IMG/VR virus record: IMGVR_UViG_3300048598_000287 | Coordinates: 192,001 to 256,000 of that record | Origin: a virus | Lineage: Duplodnaviria; Caudoviricetes | DNA length: 64,000 nt | Direction: 5' to 3' (one strand) | Part shown: piece by piece, positions 60,416 through 64,000 of the stretch | Layout: every line of letters starts with the position of its first letter | Numbering within the stretch: the stretch's first letter is position 1 | Program-made: the position numbers and the translations under genes | The notes under the pieces: generated by a model | The model's input: the letters and a program-made list of their open reading frames with translations, nothing else | Told to the model about the DNA's origin: nothing | Databases searched by the model: none

Positions 60416-61387
60416 TCACATAGAAAATAGATCTGCGTCTTCGCTGGATTTCGAATCATTCACTGTTTTCTTTGCATGGATACGGTCTAATGAGCGTTTT
60501 TTTATATTATTCATATAATCTTTGCTACTCAGACTGGCGAACATGTTAGGTTTCGCTGTCGTTCCCGATTTAAGCTTTCTTGTAATAACCCTGAAGAAAT
60601 CAGACATGACTGATTCAACTTGAGATTTGTCTTCGAACGGAGAGAATTCATCCTCCAGGGTATCATGATTATATCCTATAGGATCTGTCGGGGATGATTT
60701 TCTATATGTTTCATATGCTTCTCCCGTGCCTTTTTCTTCTGCTATTTTCTTAAGCTCTTCCATGGTGAGTTCATGAGCATTCTCACGGTCTTTAATGTCT
60801 TCATATCCGGATTTAGAAGAAAATTCATTATTGAATGCCGAATCAATTGCATCTTTGGCAGGTATGATTTTTGCACTTTTAGGAGAAGTCACCTTTGTTG
60901 TGTAGTCATTGGTTTTTTCCTGTATATTTTCAAGGATCTTTTTTATCTTGTTCTTATTTGATTCCACTGAAAGTTCGGACGGACTCATATTGCTATTATA
61001 ATTGACTGAGAATGATTTAAGCAATATTATCAACTTGTTGATGTAATGAGCAAGTGATATCGGCTTACCATATTCAATATATGAATCAATGAGATCTTTT
61101 CCGAAGCTAGTTGATGATTCTGCTGTGTGCTCGTTGGGATGGGTTTCTACGGGCGGTTCTTTTTGAATGTCGTCCCCTAAGTTTAATTCATTCTGCTCAT
61201 CACTGGTGGGAAGGACAGTGCCATATTCATCTGATTCCGGGTTTGAAATATCGTCTTCCGGATAATCAGAAAAGGAATGCGATGATTCAAAACACGTACG
61301 ATATAGATTACATATCGTCATATAATCGTTATTGCCAAGTCCAAGCTTTGATATAGCGGATTCAAATAATGATAATGAAGTTTTCAT
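60416..61387 (-). CDS. Hypothetical late protein with shared N-terminal leader (candidate internal head protein)
   Basis: TATAAACTA at 61412-61420; N-terminus MKTSLSLFESAISKLGL...CFES. Confidence 0.65.
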   Translation of the reverse strand: MKTSLSLFESAISKLGLGNNDYMTICNLYRTCFESSHSFSDYPEDDISNPESDEYGTVLPTSDEQNELNLGDDIQKEPPVETHPNEHTAESSTSFGKDLIDSYIEYGKPISLAHYINKLIILLKSFSVNYNSNMSPSELSVESNKNKIKKILENIQEKTNDYTTKVTSPKSAKIIPAKDAIDSAFNNEFSSKSGYEDIKDRENAHELTMEELKKIAEEKGTGEAYETYRKSSPTDPIGYNHDTLEDEFSPFEDKSQVESVMSDFFRVITRKLKSGTTAKPNMFASLSSKDYMNNIKKRSLDRIHAKKTVNDSKSSEDADLFSM

Positions 61388-61411
61388 GAAAGTTGCACGC
61401 TAATTTAATAA

Positions 61412-61455
61412 TAGTTTATATATCTGGCATGAAAAGCGCATCGCATTATAAACTA
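61412..61455. promoter_or_regulatory. Divergent pair of TATAAACTA late promoters
   Basis: 61412-61420 (-) and 61447-61455 (+). Confidence 0.75.
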
Positions 61456-61479
61456 TGATCGTAACTGAGAGAGTATAAT

Positions 61480-64000
61480 ATGGCAAGAAGAACGCAGATA
61501 ACTAAACGGGGTCTTGAATTACTGGCATCCAGCTCGAAGGCGACAGGCCAGCACTGGTGGATCGGCTGGTATTCCCTGGCATACGTTCCTCAGGAAATGA
61601 AAAATGATTCCGGAGAAGTCATAACATCAAGCTCCACCAAGCTTACGACTGGCGGAGACATGATATACAATATCTTTCAGGGCGACATGAAGGGTGACGG
61701 ATACGCCTATTCAGATACTAATTCTAAGTTTGGCATGGTGAATTATGACAGCAATGTGAAAAAGAATTATAGGTATGTCCTTGATTCGTCTGGAAGAAAC
61801 AATCTTGTTACATGGGTGGACGGGGATTCCGGACTTAAAGGCGCATATGTATATCGCGGGGTTCAGATATCATCTGATTCAGGAACAGTAGAAAAAACAT
61901 CTTCCAACATACCGGTTCCGGCACCGCTTTTTTATACAGGGGCATCTCCTGCAGAGCGTGGATATTCATCAACTGGAATGTCGGCTTTCCTTAAAGCAGG
62001 AAAGACGGATGACGTATCTAATTTTTTCCCCACGGATACTGTAGGTACGGTAACGGTTCCTAGAATATCTACGGATTTTAGAAAATACAATGCATACAAG
62101 TCAGGATTCAGTGTTGGCGGTGATACCGGAAGTTATTCCGGAAATCTTCCTATAACGGGAATGGACGTCGATGGATGGCTAGCTTCAGATCAGACATACA
62201 CACAGGGTGACAGCACAGACATGAGCTATGACTATAATGCGTATTGCCATGAATACTGGAAAGCACTTAGCATATCCAATTTTAATCGATATTGTGCCCC
62301 GGTGAATAATTCCGGATTGTCATATGACGATGATACAGGATGTCGTAACATGGCAAAGGTTACAAAATATTTTCCGGTTTACGCCTATGATGTTACAAGT
62401 ACGGAAACGACTGACAGTAATGAATATGTTACTGGAATACGGATCAAGATAAAGATTAACTTGATGGCGAAGTCATCTTCATCGGAACCATATTATTCAC
62501 CGGCAGAAGCTAATGAAGATGGAACAGGAGTAGCCTCTCTTACCGATGCATTCTCTAATGTAACTGATGGTGCAGGGAATCAGATATTCGCATCAAACAG
62601 CATTTCTTTCAAGTTCAACCGTATGGGAATTTATGCGGTTCCAATGAGGCAGTATGGATGCACTGATAATAATGCGACCAATGCCCAGTATCAGATAGAT
62701 ACAGAATCTGAACCGGTGCTTTTCGCAATATGCGATTTAGATGCAACGACGACTATTAGTGATGCCAGTGACGGTCTTAATGAGTTTGAATCAGATGTGT
62801 TCTTCGATCTTTCTTCCGCAGTTGCCGATTCTGCCGTTATCAGGGAAAGCGCGGTATTCTATAATCTTTATTCGGATGACTCCATTGAATGGTATAAAAA
62901 TCAATTGATCGCAAACGCGTCAACTGCGGAAGCGGTCACTAACATGCAAATAGAACTTGGATATCTAAAGAATAAGTCATCTTCTTCAGGAACGTGTTGC
63001 CCTAATGCGGCGGGAAAAAGTGAGGAAAAATCAACATATAGTGGGCTTAGGAACCTAGTAGATGCCAAGGATCTTAATTCGAATTCAGTGAGAAACCGAC
63101 TGGCATATGAAGAAGGAGAAGATATCTCTGCCATATATGATTCGGTAACATCGGCGGCCAATTTTGTGGGAACTACAAATGGCAACTTAATCATAAGGGA
63201 ATCTGCTGGCGGAACTGCTATGCTTGCCGGAGGATTTTCCGGAGCACAGACAGCAAAAGAAACGGTAGTCACCTTTGATAATAAAATATTTATCTATCAG
63301 GTAATTGATGATACCCTTGCTTATACAAGAGCATATGGCGTGCCAAAAACAAATATCGGTAAATATTCCATATTGACGTGCCCATATTATGAACTGTCCT
63401 CGGTTGCATTAGATGAAAGTAATTCACGCGATGTTTATGAATATGATGATAATACGTATAATCCATATATAAATAAGACAACCCAGATTACGACTATATA
63501 TAGAACGGGCATCTATGCTAGTAATAATAAGGCTACTATAACAAAATCCTCAGAAGGAATATCTACGACGACGGTCGTGGATGGAGTTACGACAACTACT
63601 GACGGGATGTCATTGATCGCATCAGATAGTGATTTGGTTAATGAGATTAGCGCCGAGTTTAATGATCACGAAACAGAAAGGGCATATACATTCCCATATG
63701 AGCATAATCAGGATGGAACCGTTTATAAGGCAGTCACCTATAAATTTCCAAGGGCATTATTTTATAAAGTATCGACATCGTTATTTACCGATATAAATAA
63801 TAGAATCTCCTCAACGGGATGGAAAATTCCAACTAAAGCAGAATGGGCATATATAATAAATGCCACTGATAATGATTTTATAAAGAGATTCCGGGGAGAA
63901 ACCCCATATTGGGCAGGAATAACCGATTCCGGCACTGGAGGAACATATCCGTTAGGAGGCGTATATCAAAGCCATTCCGGATGGGGAATCACGTATGGAA
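61480..64000 (+). CDS. Tail fibre-like protein, runs off the window; FISUMP-like motifs near the window end
   Basis: ATG 61480 after a late promoter and GAGAG. TQITKRGLELLA resembles tail-collar fibre N-termini; QDGTVYKAV...GWKIPTKAEW is in the same frame. Confidence 0.65.
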   Translation, partial: MARRTQITKRGLELLASSSKATGQHWWIGWYSLAYVPQEMKNDSGEVITSSSTKLTTGGDMIYNIFQGDMKGDGYAYSDTNSKFGMVNYDSNVKKNYRYVLDSSGRNNLVTWVDGDSGLKGAYVYRGVQISSDSGTVEKTSSNIPVPAPLFYTGASPAERGYSSTGMSAFLKAGKTDDVSNFFPTDTVGTVTVPRISTDFRKYNAYKSGFSVGGDTGSYSGNLPITGMDVDGWLASDQTYTQGDSTDMSYDYNAYCHEYWKALSISNFNRYCAPVNNSGLSYDDDTGCRNMAKVTKYFPVYAYDVTSTETTDSNEYVTGIRIKIKINLMAKSSSSEPYYSPAEANEDGTGVASLTDAFSNVTDGAGNQIFASNSISFKFNRMGIYAVPMRQYGCTDNNATNAQYQIDTESEPVLFAICDLDATTTISDASDGLNEFESDVFFDLSSAVADSAVIRESAVFYNLYSDDSIEWYKNQLIANASTAEAVTNMQIELGYLKNKSSSSGTCCPNAAGKSEEKSTYSGLRNLVDAKDLNSNSVRNRLAYEEGEDISAIYDSVTSAANFVGTTNGNLIIRESAGGTAMLAGGFSGAQTAKETVVTFDNKIFIYQVIDDTLAYTRAYGVPKTNIGKYSILTCPYYELSSVALDESNSRDVYEYDDNTYNPYINKTTQITTIYRTGIYASNNKATITKSSEGISTTTVVDGVTTTTDGMSLIASDSDLVNEISAEFNDHETERAYTFPYEHNQDGTVYKAVTYKFPRALFYKVSTSLFTDINNRISSTGWKIPTKAEWAYIINATDNDFIKRFRGETPYWAGITDSGTGGTYPLGGVYQSHSGWGITYG

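Noticed and set aside
1-64000. Stop-codon reassignment, as in some large phages
   Set aside because: Core genes are full length in the standard code and end in TAA, TGA and TAG. The two internal stops found are TAA in genes that are also truncated.
1-64000. tRNA, rRNA, introns or inteins
   Set aside because: None recognised by eye; core genes are of ordinary length. tRNAscan and Infernal were not run.

Overview
This 64 kb window is from a large, AT-rich, T4-like (myovirus) bacteriophage read in the standard code. Recognisable core genes: portal (gp20-like), major capsid (gp23-like), UvsW, RNase H, UvsX/RecA, gp41 helicase, gp32 SSB, gp45-like clamp, gp61 primase, DnaJ, and baseplate gp6/gp7/gp5-like proteins. 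Two large virion genes run off the window ends. A late-promoter-like motif, TATAAACTA, was found 12 times, each just upstream of a gene. The accessory region at about 12.9-25.2 kb is the most unusual part. It holds three apparently host-derived defence systems, and in each only the protective half is intact: a type II adenine methyltransferase with a truncated endonuclease, a DUF6088/AbiEi-like antitoxin with a truncated AbiEii toxin, and a type ISP enzyme reduced to methyltransferase plus target-recognition domain. Both captured blocks start at a copy of the same 150 bp tnpB-like 5' end. In the second block this end supplies the late promoter and start codon of an in-frame chimeric methyltransferase. 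Separately, three otherwise unrelated late proteins (an HExxH protein, a Nudix hydrolase and an unknown protein) share a ~34 aa N-terminal leader resembling a capsid-targeting propeptide. All calls come from reading motifs and aligning by eye; no database searches were run.
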